A stretch of 64,000 nucleotides of DNA from Macrostomum lignano (GCA_002269645.1 NIVC01001998.1:1-64000), one strand, 5' to 3'. Numbered from the stretch's first letter, positions 42,086 through 55,696 are shown. The notes: a model not told the origin generated them from the letters alone. Program-made: numbers and translations.

Positions 42086-42320
42086 TCAAACGTGCTGCGT
42101 TCCAGATTGTTCTCTGCAGCACTTGCACTTGAAGATGTAACAGAAGAATCTGAAAAGTCAATATTTAATTGAATATTTATATATGAGTGACTCGATAGCT
42201 TAGTTTTAGTTGCAGATATTTAAAAACAATTTCAAATTAAGCGCTTGTTTACCTGCAGAGGCAGCACCTGCAGCACTCGTACTGTTCGCAGCAGCCGTCG
42301 TTTGCTTGCTGATTGGGCAT
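42086..42320 (-). CDS. Cys-rich microprotein B, 43 aa: MPNQQANDGCCEQYECCRCCLCRFFCYIFKCKCCREQSGTQHV; exons 42320-42253 and 42149-42086
   Basis: AG|GTAAAC donor, ttttcag|A acceptor, same phase-2 intron. An in-frame upstream ATG at 42458 could extend the N-terminus. Confidence 0.8.
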
Positions 42321-42767
42321 GCTTTGATTCCGGGTGATTTCGTACGATTGCAATTGAGAGTCTTTGCAAGTTTTCTCAACTTGATCGGTTGAGTGTCTCA
42401 ATTTGCCCCGTAAGTATACATATATAGCGTTACTGTAGTAGGTACTACTGTATGACATCAGTGCCTAGTGATCCATTTTGAGAATTCCTCCATAAAGGTA
42501 GTACCTAGAGCCTGTTTGCTTGGTACCACTCCTTCTTCGTATTTTTTTCCATTTTCCGCTTTTAATCATAATCAACAAATGAGCATAGTCTCGAATAATA
42601 GCTTTATTGTTAGAGTAATCATCATAGAGTGCATGCGTATATAGCTATACTTTGGGATTCCCCAATGAGCTAAAAATAGAATTCTGAGTACGCGAGAATC
42701 ATAACGGAGCTGTAGTATATAAATATTGAGAATAATGCAGCAGTAATCGGTATTACAGTTCAGAATT

Positions 42768-43068
42768 TCATGGCTTTCGACTCTTATTATCTTCATCAGG
42801 TTTTTTGAAGCATTCGCAACAGAAGATTTTGCAGAGCCAGCTGCAAAATTTGAAGAAACATAGATAGGCATCAGATAATTAGATAAACAAATTTTCTATC
42901 TGGGATGAGTAAATAGTGGATTGCTAATCTAGTTAGTAGGGCGATTAGGTAGTTGGGTAATCAATAAATATTACGGGACTTGACTTCATAGTTTGCGATA
43001 TTGTTGAAAACTTACTCGATGAACCAGTGCCTTTTATTTTCGTTGTTCGTAGCGGTTTGATCCATCAT
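42768..43068 (-). CDS. Cys-rich microprotein D, 41 aa: MMDQTATNNENKRHWFIDWLCKIFCCECFKKPDEDNKSRKP; exons 43068-43016 and 42840-42768
   Basis: GA|GTAAGT donor, ttttgcag|C acceptor, phase-2 intron at the aligned codon. Confidence 0.78.
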
Positions 43069-43299
43069 ATTTGTGAAGCAGCAGGATCGTAGCTCGCGTG
43101 TATGCTGGCAGAACAAATCCGAAGATTTCAACCGAATAGTAACTAGTAAATCTGATCACTTGAACCTTTACAGTTAAATGCAGTAGACTGCAATAGACTA
43201 CTAGGTAGAACCCGGTGATAAAATTGATTTTGACGTCATTACCACACTTTCTTGTGCGTTTTCATGTGAACTGTGAATTTCTTAGCGCCTCAAAACACA

Positions 43300-43960
43300 A
43301 ACCCACCGACATTTGTCTACCGAAATTTGTCTACCGAGTTTGTCTACCGAGATTTGCCTACCGACATTTGTTCACCGACATTTGTCTACCGAAATTTGTC
43401 TACTGACATTTGTATACTGACATTTGTATACTGACATTTGTCTACCGAGATTCGTGCACCGACTTTTGTGTGCCGACATTTATTTACCGACATTTGTCTA
43501 CCGATATTTGTCTACCGACATTTGTCTACCGACATTTGTCTACCGATATTTATCCACCGAAATTTGTCTGCCGATATTTGTCTACCGAAATTTGTCTGCC
43601 GATATTTGTCTACCGACGTTTGTCTACCGATATTTGTCTACCGACGTTTGTCTACCGACATTTGTCCACCGACATTTGTCCACCGACATTTGTCCACCGA
43701 CATTTGTCCACCGATTTTTGTCCACCGACATTTGTCCACCGACATGTGTCTTTCAACTTTTGTCTACCAACGTGTTCCACCGACATTTGTCCACCGACAT
43801 TTGTCCACCGACATTTGTCCACCGACATTTGTCCATCGAAATTTGTCCACCGACATTTGTCCACCGACATTTGTCCACCTATTTTTGTCTTCCGATATTT
43901 GTCTACCAACGTGTTCCACCAACATTGTCTCACGATGTTTAACCCACCGACATTTGCTAA
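43300..43960. repeat. 14-bp minisatellite (CCGACATTTGTCCA/CCGACATTTGTCTA)
   Basis: About 45 degenerate tandem units. Confidence 0.92.
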
Positions 43961-44549
43961 ACGACGTTTGACCGCCTGATGTTTGCCTGCGGATTTTTCT
44001 ACCGATGCTACAACATAATATTGCATGCAAGTTTGTGTACAAATAAGCATGCGACCATAATCCTGTGCCCAGGCCAAGGGCTCCAATGCTGAGGATAATT
44101 GTTTTATGTCGTAATGGCTGATGTAATTGAAAGCAGGTACTTCCCCATGGCTATATCAGGAAATTTCGTACACAGTACACAATGATATGTACTAATTGTT
44201 AATTTCGTGTTTTTCCAAATCGACATCCACCATTAGTGTAAAGCGACTTGATGCTATAATGATCATCACTCTTTCAAAATTCATTTTATTATAGTTCAAT
44301 TAGAAAAGCTAAAAAAGTAAATTGAAAATTGCACAGTGACCGATACAGTTTAAAAATAGAATGAGAAAAAAAGTATAGTGCACAATATTTGTACGCAACA
44401 AGCGCGTTAACGGGGTAGTACAGTCTTGGCAAATCCGCACCTCATGACTATTTTTAGAAACGTGAAGAAAAATAAAGAATTTTATTCTCACAACTAAACT
44501 GGCTTGACTAGTCTTGAAATATAAGGATTAAACAGTTGAAATAATCCTG

Positions 44550-45230
44550 TTAGATACTCTAACTATTCCTGTTAGATACTCGAACTATTCCTGTTAGATA
44601 CTCGAACTATTCCTGTTAGATACTCGAACTAATCCTGTTAAATACTCGAATTATTCCTGTTAGATACTCGAACTAATCCTGTTAAATACTCGAATTATTC
44701 CTGTTAGATACTCGAACTAACCCTGTTAAATACTCGAACGATTCCTGTTATATACTCGAACTATTCCTGTTAGATACTAGAACTATTCCTTGTTAGATAC
44801 TAGACCTAATCCTTAGATACTAGAACTAATGCTTGTAAGAGACTAGAACTAATCCTGTTAGATACTAGACCTAATCCTTAGATACTAGAACTAATGCTTG
44901 TAAGAGACTAGAACTAATCCTGTTAGATACTAGAACTAATCCTGTTAGATACTCGAACTAATCCTGTTAGATACTCGAACTAATCCTGTTAGATACTAGA
45001 ACTAATCCTGTTAGATACTCGAACTAATCCTATTAGATCCAAGAACTAATCCTGTTAAATACTCGAACTAATCCTGTTCGATACTACTTGACTTAATCCT
45101 ATTAGATCCAAGAACTAATCCTGTTAAATACTCGAACTAATCCTGTTCGATACTACTTGACTTAATCCTATTAGATAACTGAACTAATCAATGTTAGACA
45201 ATTGAACTAATCCTGATAAATACTTCAAAT
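44550..45230. repeat. ~22-bp minisatellite (CTCGAACTATTCCTGTTAGATA)
   Basis: About 30 degenerate tandem units. Confidence 0.9.
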
Positions 45231-45326
45231 GATCATGTTAGATAACCTAATAAGCATTACGGAGTCATTAGTTTAGATTGGTTCTATATTAGAATCTCAG
45301 AAGTTCGTTTTTCAGTTGATGATGGA

Positions 45327-45550
45327 TTAAGCCCAATCAGAATCTCTTTGCCTTCGATACCTCGGGCTCTCATCTGGGCAGAGGCACTTGCAGCAGAATA
45401 TGAAGCACAGGAACCTGAAAAAATCAAGCAAAAAGATAAATTGCTGATCTACATGTAGACAAAAATTGTCCCCGTAACCTCTTACCGGAAGAGCCAACAC
45501 CTGCAGCAGTCATCGCAGCAGTCATCACCGGATGAATACTGATCAACCAT
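45327..45550 (-). CDS. Cys-rich microprotein C, 50 aa: MVDQYSSGDDCCDDCCRCWLFRFLCFIFCCKCLCPDESPRYRRQRDSDWA; exons 45550-45486 and 45414-45327
   Basis: CG|GTAAGA donor, tttttcag|G acceptor, same phase-2 intron. Confidence 0.8.
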
Positions 45551-46363
45551 AGCGACCGCAAACAGTTCAACTCAAAAAATGATATTGAGACGCAAAAAGG
45601 AGCAAAAAATGCCCTTTAATGTTCTTCGAAAATTCAGGCATATTTATACACAGAGGGAAATCTGTACTACCTTCATAATAGAAATCGAAAACTGCAGCTC
45701 GTACCACCGAGTTACAAACTTAGCTATGATTGCTACTACCGCGTTTGAAATCTGCTGTAGCTGCTGTGTGGGCATTTGCCTGCCCAACGTGGATAATAGT
45801 ATTAGGTAGTACCGCGACTCGAAATCCGCTGAACTCGACGCAGGAAGGTCCATCGAAATTTTTCGAGACATCCCTTGGGGTGCTCCAAGCGTCTTTCATG
45901 TTCGTTCTGGTGCTTGACTGAGTGCTGCGGGCTGTTCTTTCTTTCAACGAGGTCTTTCCGAGTGAATCGACATCAAACGCTCCAGCTTGTCGAAGGTGCA
46001 GACGGTGAGCCAGAGGTACAAGAGGTTAATGCGCTTGAAGCAAAACACCAGGTCGAGGCCTGGTCCTAGACCTGTACTGGCTGCACAGAGAAAGGTCGTG
46101 TGCGTACACAATGAGGCGGACATGGGCCAAGATGCAGGGCTGGTGACCGAAGCTTTCGGGAGGCCAGAGGCTCGCTGTCGCTGAAGGGTGCCGTTAAGGC
46201 TGACTGCAGGCGTTCGAGGTCGAACGTATTGGTGCAGTTCAGAAGATTTAAAATGCTGGAAGCCATCACTGATCTGCTGTGAGACCCTCGTCAGGAGTTT
46301 TTCATAGGAGTTGGTCTGTTAATTGGAGATTCGGGCATTGATTTCATCGCGACACGCTGGCAG

Positions 46364-48299
46364 TGTTCGGAGACCTGAACGCAGTTCCGCGGAGATCCAA
46401 GCGCTCGCCCTTTGTCGTGGGACGCGAGAACGCCAACACCGATGCGCTGGAGAACCTGCTTGACCGGCTGGACCTAGTGTCCATGAGGAGACTGGCGCAA
46501 CTCGATCATGCGCTGTTTCGCACTCGCGAGCGCCGCCGCATCACCAACTGCGACACCATGGCTCCACTGGCTCTCCGGTCAGACCACCAACTCCTGCTCT
46601 GCGACTTGCGGCTCCACGACCGGATCTACCGACCGCCAAAGCAGCTGCCACGGCACCCTTGTTAAACGCCCGCGTGAAGCGTCAATTCGCGGGCGCCTTC
46701 GTCGGTGCGCTTGAAGCCCAGCGCGAGGCGAAGTATTCCGACATCAGCACCGCCGTTAGAGCCGCTGTAGAGCAGACGGTCTCGCTGATGCGGCCAGCGC
46801 AGAAATTGCTGCCTGTCTAGCAGAGCGATCCGACCATCAGGCAAGCGCGGCTCAACATCGAGTGACTCCGCAGGAACCGGCGGCCCACGGGCGACGCTAA
46901 AGACGCGTTTGAGCGCCTTCTAGACAGCAGGCCGCTGTCGACGACACTGTCCGGTCCATCACTGCAGCCGGCCCAGACGTGAAGAGCCGCGCAGTGTGGA
47001 CGGCCATCTGACGCACTCTGACGGAGCGCAAAAAGCGCGTGGGGCTGAACCTGGCTGGTGACACCCCAGAGGATCAGAGGAGCGCATGAATGAATTGCGC
47101 GACTTCTTCGCCGGCATCGTGAACGCGCTCGCGTCGCCGCTGCCCGCCAGTTTTTCGCTCCCACTGGACACGCCGCTCCCAGCTGAGGAGGACTTCTGCA
47201 TCAGCCCAGTCACCACGGAGGATATTGTACCGTTCGCTAGGAAATCACCAGGCGGCAAGGCGCTCGGCCCCGACGAAGTCCCGGTCGAGGCCCTGCGGTT
47301 CCGCTGTGTGGCCTCCCAGGTCACAGGCGTCATGAACCGCGTGCTCGCCGGCGCTCCTGCGCCCACCGAGTGGACCGTCGCACACATCGTGCTGATCCCC
47401 AAGAAGGCAGGGACAACGCGGAAAGAAGACCACCGCGGATCTCGCTGATGTCCTGTACGGCGAAGCTCTTCAACCAGCTGCTGCTCGATCGCCTGCAGTC
47501 GGTGATGGACCCGTACCTGCGGTACGAGCATAACGGATTCCGGCCGCAATGCGGTACAGTGACACAGATCCTCGCACTCCGCCGTGTCATCGAGGAGGCG
47601 CACATCCGCCCAGTCTACGCTGATCATTGTCTTCGTTGACTTTCGAAGGCGTTTGACTCGGTGTTCAGAGCGTCGCTTCCCTTCGACCTTCGAGCCTACC
47701 GGGTCCCGCAGCAGCTAATCGACCCTGTATTGCGATACTCGAGCTGCTGTGGTGACGGCGGACGGCCTGTCTGACCTGTTCGATACTTCATTAGGAGTTC
47801 TGCAGGGCGACACGCTAGCACCGTTCCTCTTTGTGCTGCTGCTGGACTGGGTGCTTCGGACTGCACTCCCTTTGGCTAACGACGGCTTTCTGCTGCGCAC
47901 ACGCATCGGTTGCCGCCACGGAGAAAAGCGCCTAAGCGTGCTTGGCTACGCCGACGACCTCGCCCTCCTGTCCTCGTCCTTTGAAGGCGCCCAGCGCCAG
48001 ATCGACAGGCTGGTCGAGGTGGCATCGAGCGTCGGTCTGGTTGTCAACACACTGAAGACCGAGGTGCTGACTGTGCCGGCCAACATCCCAGCGGACATGA
48101 CGTGCCGCGGCGCAAACGTATAGACGACCCCGCCCCCACGCTGCCAGTGGTTCACCTACGGCGGTCTGGTGTCCCACGTGGAGGAAGACCTCCGGCGGCG
48201 CAGAGGACTTGTCTGTGTGGCCTTCCGTTCGATCCGAGCCGTCCTCCAGTCCAAAGCACTGGCCGACCGTCAGAGGGCTCGGCTGTGGCAGGCGGTGGT
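46364..48299 (+). mobile_element. Decayed RTE-like non-LTR retrotransposon (APE C-terminus + RT), truncated at both ends
   Basis: FGDLNA and SDH (APE); GKALGPDEVP, NGFRP, GVLQGDTLAPFLF, LGYADDLALL (RT); many frameshifts. Confidence 0.88.
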
Positions 48300-48383
48300 T
48301 TAACTATTATGCAAACTCTAGTTCAAGAGCATATTGGATAGCTAATCTACACGTATCCAATTGTAAAGTAAAGTAATTAAGTA

Positions 48384-51300
48384 CGAGGGCTGAGCAATAA
48401 GTTTCCGGATGTGCATAGTTGAGAGGCGGCTGACAAAATCTGACACCATAGGTGTCAAGTACATTATATAAGTACAAAGTTTGCAAAGTTTCAGACGCAC
48501 TGGTCATATATAGCCAGTGCAGCACCCAAACCAAGCTAGCATACCCACCCTATCTATCAAATTCACAATGGAGCTCGCTCAATAGGAGTCATTTTAGAGC
48601 AATTGATGAGGACGCACTGTTTTCCAAATCCCGCGCTAGCACATGGGCTCTAAACTTACTAGCCTACCAACAGTAGGCAATGGGCATTTTTATCCTTTTT
48701 CTGCGAATTTTCATAGAATCCGTACTAGATATAATGTTTGGTCATACTAGTAGTCATAATAACATGGCGCAGCTTTTTGGGTCATAAATAATCGCTTTTG
48801 AAGCTGGTCTGACAGCCACCTGCGCCTCACTCAGTGTTGAGGCGGGCGCCAGATGGTCTGAGGGGATGCGAATGATAGCTTTTTTCTCATCATTTTGACA
48901 GGTCATCAAGATTTATGAGGTCAGGGCCTATTGTTCGTGTTCACTCAAGCGTGTGAAAGTTTTGACAGCTATGCGTTTTACCCCTAAAAGTACTTTGGGA
49001 TTAGCGATTAGCGATTTCTCCTCATTATCTTCACTTTCTATTTAATAAGAGCTTTCTAATGTATATTTTTTCATTAATTTTTGTCAGTTCTACGCCAAAA
49101 GTCATAAATCATTTTGTTGCGATTTCGATTGATTTATGGCCGCACCTGTCATGTTTTTACGACCCCGAGGGAACTGATAGGATCTCCCGGTCACGTGATT
49201 CTGGGTAGCAACGAGCTTAGCCAATCAGAAAATTCGACGCTCATTTTAACAAATCGGCTCAGCCAATTAGAATCGACGTGTTCCATTATAACAAACTGCG
49301 GTCCAGTTGGCGGCTATTTAACCGGTGTTTTTGGCCCGCTCGGACGGCACCTTTCCGGGTGCTACCCCCCACCTTTCTGGGTGCTACCCCTGCAAACCTT
49401 CTTGCGACCGGGTGCCGGCTCCACTGGCCAGGAATCGACCGTCGTTACTTGATTCCCGGATTGCGACTCCCCCCCCTCATCATCAAGGACGAATCCCCCC
49501 GGTCACCAGCAGCGAACATCAAAGTTAAGACCATCACCTGCTAGCTATCTGCGAAGACTGTGACAGCATCATCCCGAGTCTACAGCTGCAGAGCATCGAG
49601 CCGATTCGGTCACTGTGGATTACCTGGTCTCCGGCTGTTGAGTTTCTGATTGGTTGGGTGAGAGGCTGCCTAGACTTGCTTGATTGGGTGATTCCTTATC
49701 TGTCCCCTGTTTCAGTAGCTGGATTAGGCGCACACTTTTGCTCACTTTGTTCAGTAGTGCTGTAATCGAGGCAGAAGTCATTCAATAATACTGCTAGTAG
49801 TCTGAAACTCCAATTCAATCTGAGGTGTGAAGTGATCTAAGGTGAAGGTTAAATCTGTCAGTTATTTTTATCGGTTTTATTTCTTTGTTCGCCGATGGCT
49901 CAGATGAATAGCTAAGCTAGTAGGCGCCGGTCACAGTGGACCAATGGCAAGGCAGTTCTCAGTCGATCAATCTATCAAATCAGTTAGCGAAATTGCCAAT
50001 AGTGCAGAATCGGCTCCAGAGGTGTACTCTGTGCACTCTAGGTTAGCCAAGCGGCTCAGGTAATGAATCATGCGGTCTCTGATGTTCGAGTTAGCCTATC
50101 ATTAGCGCGCGCTAGGAGAGGCTAGTTGGCGCGTTGAAGGCCAAAAGTACAATTCTTCGTATTTAGCAATGTAATAGTACCATGGTACATGTAGCTACCC
50201 CATAGTCTCGCCACTGCAAGAATCCCCTGCACAAGTCCCCTCTGTACCTGCATGGCCAATGCGATCTAGTCCCAGCAGTGTCCCTTAACATCGGGACTTC
50301 GAGATTGACAGCAAAAAGACACTAGTTGGCAGGTAAATGCAAAGCCCCTTCTAGTCGGAAGCCCGATTTCGAGAGTCCCGGTGTGGTTAGCCAGGACGTA
50401 CGGGCTGGTGGCAGCGAGTTAGTTAATCTGCGGATTAACTAATTTCTACCTTAAAAATTCTCCCTGCTCGTCTCTCGCTGTCCCTCTCTTAGCTATAGGA
50501 CCTAGACTGCTCGCCACACGATCAAGCTACCATGGGGCTGACCATCTGACAGGAGTGGGGGGGGCCAGGACTCTAATTGATTTATTTCTGAGACCTGAGG
50601 CCCGAAGGCTTCCCCACAAGGGGGCCGAAAGGTCGAAACCCATCACAATGATTTATTATCTGCGGCAGCAAGAAAGTCTTGAGCGATTGCAAAGAGCTTT
50701 TGGGGATGAAGCACCTTCTAGATCGACCGTTTTTGACTGGTTTGCCGAATTTCGACGCGGCAGGCAGAGTCTGGATGATGAGGAGCGCAGCGGCCGGCCT
50801 GTCTCCGCAACGACCAAGTATAATGTTGCTGCTGTCCGGGCCATGGTTGAGGCCACAGTGACTGTGGCCCAGATAGAGGCAGAGTTGGGCATCTCATCAG
50901 GATCCATCAGGACGATCCTGCATTCACAGCTCAACCTGAGCAAGATTTCTGCACGCTGGGTGCCTCATCAGCTGGCTCCGGAGCAGAAGGAGGCTCGGGT
51001 GACCTGGTGCCGCACCATGCTCGACAGATTCAACGGAGGCAGCTCAAACTCGGTCTGGGATATCGTCAGTGGTGACGAGTCCTGGATCTATAGTTTCGAC
51101 CCGGCGACTAAGCAGCAGTCGGCCCAGTGGACTCCATTTGGTGGCACCCCACCATCCAAGCTTCGGCGAGAGCGCAGCGTGGCGAAGCAGATGGTGGCCG
51201 TTTTTGTTGCAAAAACCGGTCATCTGGCCACGATTCCACTCGTGCAGCAGCGCACAGTCACCGGTGACTGGTACGCCAACGTTTGCCTGCCAGAAGTGCT

Positions 51301-51721
51301 GAGCGCTCTCTCCAGGCGTCGCCCAAGGACTCGAGCTCGGGGCATCCTTCTCCATCAACAGCAACGCCCCGGCCCACAAGGCTCGACAGGTGGCGGAGTT
51401 CCTGGCCGGAGAGCGCATTCAAGAGCTCGGTCATCCACCCAACAGCCCCGACCTGGCCCCCCTGCGACTTTTTTGTGCTTCCACAAATCAAGTGCGGGAT
51501 GCGTGGAATCCGCTATGGATCACCAAAGCTGCAGTGGAGGCCTTCACCCGGCATGTGGAGGAGGTGCCTGCTTCAGATTGGTTCAGCTGCTTCAGCAAGT
51601 GATTTAGGCGCATGAAAATTTGCATCGAATCTGCTGAAGAGTACTTTGAAAAGATGTAAGTGTTTTTTCTCTCTAACTATTTCTGTCTGGGCACATCCGG
51701 AAACTTATTGCTCAGCCCTCG
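48384..51721 (+). mobile_element. Mariner DNA transposon with interrupted, frameshifted transposase
   Basis: Perfect 31-bp TIRs CGAGGGCTGAGCAATAAGTTTCCGGATGTGC flanked by TA; transposase motifs WFAEFRRG..DDEERSGRP, ARWVPH, SGDESW, HPPNSPDLAP; N-terminal codons (NRSHFRA) at about 48580-48603 are separated from MIYY at 50648 by an insertion. Confidence 0.95.
48604..50645. mobile_element. 2042-bp insertion, probable solo LTR
   Basis: Termini TGATG..CATCA, CAAT duplicated on both sides (48600-48603, 50646-50649), no recognisable ORF, several CCAAT boxes. Confidence 0.75.
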
Positions 51722-52023
51722 TAAGTTTGGAGTGATTTGAGAGAATGAAAACTCTAAAGGGAACATGTTAATAACAAAGTTGTCGCAATGCATTATTATT
51801 TAGTCCGCAGTTTTATGAGTAATTATTGGGAAATTCCTGGATGTATTTATTATAGTATCGTAAACAGTATTGTTATCAATCATGTCTGCACGTCTATGGT
51901 TGATATCTTTAATGGCTTATTTACAGACGTAGTTTAAATAGGGTAGAGTTTACTGATTTATAAAAATTTTAAATGAAACACAACGATCAAAAGTAAATTT
52001 GACAAGCAAAATAAAAGTACATT

Positions 52024-52302
52024 ATGTCTTCGACCATCAAACCAACTACAGCCGAACAGTTCGACTTGGAGTACGTCAGCAAGCGCGCGCTACAGCCCGA
52101 ATTAATCGAACTAAAGTCCAAACCATGGACCGATTGGATATTCCCAATCGGTAACGTGGTCCTCTGCGTGATTGTTGGCATATTCACGGTGGTCGAGTTC
52201 AACTGGCGCTTACGTAGGAAACGTCAAGCCGCCGCCAAAGAGGTGAAAGAGTGCAGGTACTTGGATCCCATGCCAAGCCAGGCTGCTTCAAAGGAAGAAT
52301 AA
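52024..52302 (+). CDS. Small single-pass membrane protein, 92 aa, unknown function
   Basis: GC-rich ORF in AT-rich flanks; hydrophobic stretch WIFPIGNVVLCVIVGIFTVVEFNW followed by RLRRKR. Confidence 0.65.
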   Translation: MSSTIKPTTAEQFDLEYVSKRALQPELIELKSKPWTDWIFPIGNVVLCVIVGIFTVVEFNWRLRRKRQAAAKEVKECRYLDPMPSQAASKEE

Positions 52303-54175
52303 GTTTCTTTTAACTTGACCATATTGCACTATAGCATTCTAACCGTTTAAGCAAGTGGAATGAAAGTCAATATTTTTTTCGTGATTACTAGTTAATTATG
52401 CTGTAACTATATATTATTGTATTTCAATGTATTAGTATGCTTTGATTCTTCAAACTTCATCGGCACCAACCAGTACAGAAACTTTTTGATTCTCTTATTA
52501 TTGTTTTTTAAGCCGGGCAAATTATTGTATCACCTTAGCCATATCAGAATTAGCCATCAGAATAAGGTTACTAGAACCTCCTACATGCATGTAGTGGTGA
52601 ATTCTTTACTTGATACTTTGATATATGAATAAATATGAAGAAACGATGACGTGGAAAATGATAGGTTTTATTCAAATAAATGTTCATGTACTGTACACGT
52701 AAGCTGCTCTGCTTAGTACGGAAAGGTATATTGCTTTTAAAAATGCGCAGGTTCCGCTTTTTAGACATATAATACGCTAGATGTGATATAAAGCTGCACT
52801 TTTTATAAAAAAAAGTATCTAGATTTTACTGCATTTATAAACGCTAAGCAATCTATGTTACTCATGAAGTTTCTTATTCTTCGAGTTACAAATGGATATT
52901 TAAACTGATCGCTACTTTATATTTTCGCTTTCAACACAACAAAAGTTTTATTACAAAGCGTAATATTTGTCAGAATAATTAATAGACCTTGATAGATTCA
53001 GCAGAAAATGTAACTTATAGAAAAATTTTTTAACTTTTATGGGCTAACATAAGATCATTAGTCAACCCTTTGATTTGAAGTTTAAATTTGGTCATCGAGT
53101 TCTAAGACTGTTTTTAAATCTGACCGAAGTCACGCGTGGGTGGAGCCGGAGGCGGGCGAACTCGCAGTGTCAACACTGCCGGGTTTCTAATTATTTGTCT
53201 ATTTAGTCTAAATAATACTAAATCTAATACAAAATATTTCTTACGCTAACAAATGGCTATAAAACAGTAATCCTGTAATTGTAGGCCTATCTGCTATCAT
53301 ATGACCTAACGGCTAACGCTGTTGTGTTAGATAGGCCTAAGCCTTCAAATTTATTTAGGAGATTAGCTACTACTAAGCCTACTGGACTCTAGACTATGAG
53401 ACTAGTCAGTAGGTCAGTAATCTAGTATGGTGTCACAAGCCTAGGTAGCCTAGGCTGCCCTAGTACAAGTCTTGGATCTACTAGGCTAGGCTAGGCTAGG
53501 CTAGGCTAGGCTAGGGCTAGGCCTAAACAGGATTTTTGTTTTCATAGTCTAGTCCTATTTCATATAGTCCATACTAAAATGGTTTGTAATTTGTATTGTC
53601 CTAAATTTTAAAACTAAATTATAGGCCTATTAAGTACGTAGTGTCTATTTGTCCGGCTGAGCCATATAATTAGCCATTTTCGTTTCTTTTCCAGCTGGCT
53701 GGACAAATAGCTAAGCTAATGTTGTTATTTTTCTGGCTGAGCTAGATAAATAGCTGTTGTTGTTATTTGTCTGGCTCAGCCTCTCTCTCTCTCCTTCTCC
53801 GGCTCTACGCCTGTCTCCATCTCCAGTTCCTCCATCTTCAAAGTGTGCCAGCAGATGGGTCTCCCTAAAACATACACCGCACCGCCCCAACTGCTACACA
53901 TTATAACATTTTTTGTCAATGCAGTATTTTGATTGCAAAGAAAACTATTTGTTGTAAGAGTAACAGAATAACTAACTTTAATTATTACTTTAAATATTAT
54001 TATTATTTTTCATATTCATGTTTGCATTATTAAATTATATTATTATTATTTTATTAATATTATTATTAATATCACTTATTATACACCGAATTTAATATTT
54101 CAAAGTAAAAAAAACTAAATTTAATAAAAGCTTGAAGCTTAACATAAAACGTATTTTGAAATGTCTTCAGTTATA

Positions 54176-54963
54176 GGCTCATTCCATATAAGCATGATCG
54201 TAACATGACAGGTTATTTTTACTTATAAAATGAAATCTAATAATAGAATATACTAAACCAATATTTTAAATGAAAGATTATTTTGTCTAGAATATATTTA
54301 TAGAGTTTCATATAGATATCATCATTAGTATAGATGCTATTAAACCTTAAATGACACTTATGGTCGTAACAACAGGATTTTTGACATATAGAAACTAAAA
54401 GGTAAAAGTCTTATAACATTTTTCATTTTTGATATTTTGCAATACATTTTTAAAATTTGACTAAGAACATCTTTAGAAATCATACTCTTTTATTAGAATA
54501 TATAAACTCAAAAGGCAACAAAGATACAAAAGAAAAGGCAGCCTTATGGTCGTAACATTATGGTCGTAACATATTTTTTTCTGTCAATTCAGTAACTTTG
54601 AGGTACTAATACATTAAAAATATAATAGATTATTTGGTCACCAATGCTTTTATCTGATGATGCAAGTACTATACTTTTATCTATAGTTTGTTTTAACCTT
54701 CAAAAGCTTTCTATTTGTTTTTAAAAGGTACAAAATCTTAAAATGATGTCTTTTGCTTCGAAAAATGTCCAAATTTTTACAAAAATGACTTTTTGCCAAT
54801 TGATAACATACTAATCCAACATTTTACCATTCCTTTATTCTTAGATTGTATATATTGCACAATATAAACATTTGGTAAAAAAATAGGCTAATTAGGCAAT
54901 GGCAAGCAAAAATATTGACTTTTTTCTATTTTCCAAATATGTCCATCTTATATGGAATGAGCC
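54176..54963. mobile_element. MITE with 17-bp TIRs and TA flanks (Tc1/mariner superfamily type)
   Basis: GGCTCATTCCATATAAG at 54176 and its reverse complement ending at 54963, TA on both sides. Confidence 0.8.
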
Positions 54964-55696
54964 TATAGTCCAATTTGTTTTAACGTGTAGCACTGTAGGG
55001 CAGGGCGGTGCGTGTTTTAGGGAGACCCCCAGCAGACTAGTGACCTGCTTAATCAAAGCGTGCCATGCAGAAATTTAAAGAGTTCCTAATTTCAAATCAT
55101 TATCTGGCAAAATGGTGAAAGGAAATTACACTCACGTTTTTACATTTATGTTTGAAAGATAATATTAATAAGAATGAAAACTGCATGTGGCATTTTAGTG
55201 CAGATATATTTACATTTAGGTAATATACAACTACAAGCATATATGTATTTATGAACATGCAGAACTTACGCAAATTCGGCATTATAATGGTCAACCAGTA
55301 CATAAGTTGCATAAGTCGGTTCAAAGTGCCAATCACTCATTCAACTTATCTGAAACATCTATACCCAGATCGAGTCTTAAAATAATCTTAAAGTTTCTAA
55401 AATACTACAAAGTCTTTATTTGTATATGTACATGTAAATATATGACTCAGCTCGACAAATAATGACAATAGGTATTTATGCGTCTCAGCTGGAAAAATAA
55501 TGACATTAGCTATTTGTATGGCTAGCTGGAAAAGAAGCAAAGATGGCTATTTATATGGCTCAGCTGGACAAAATGCCACTACGTATTAAGTATCATGTTT
55601 TTAAAGGTATGGTTAAATTTTGTTGATTTTTTTAAATGAAAATATTAATGATATTTTGAAAGACCTTTGTTTCAAAACCTTTTTTTTGATTTAGTA

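Noticed and set aside
44114-44136. Possible fifth microprotein exon (MADVIESR with phase-2 donor)
   Set aside because: Weak donor and no downstream exon with the IFCC-type motif.
50585-50645. Hammerhead ribozyme at the end of the insert
   Set aside because: CTGA and GAAA halves are present, but the required CUGANGA core is not, and no stem I/III with a cleavage triplet was found. Kept only as a structural curiosity.
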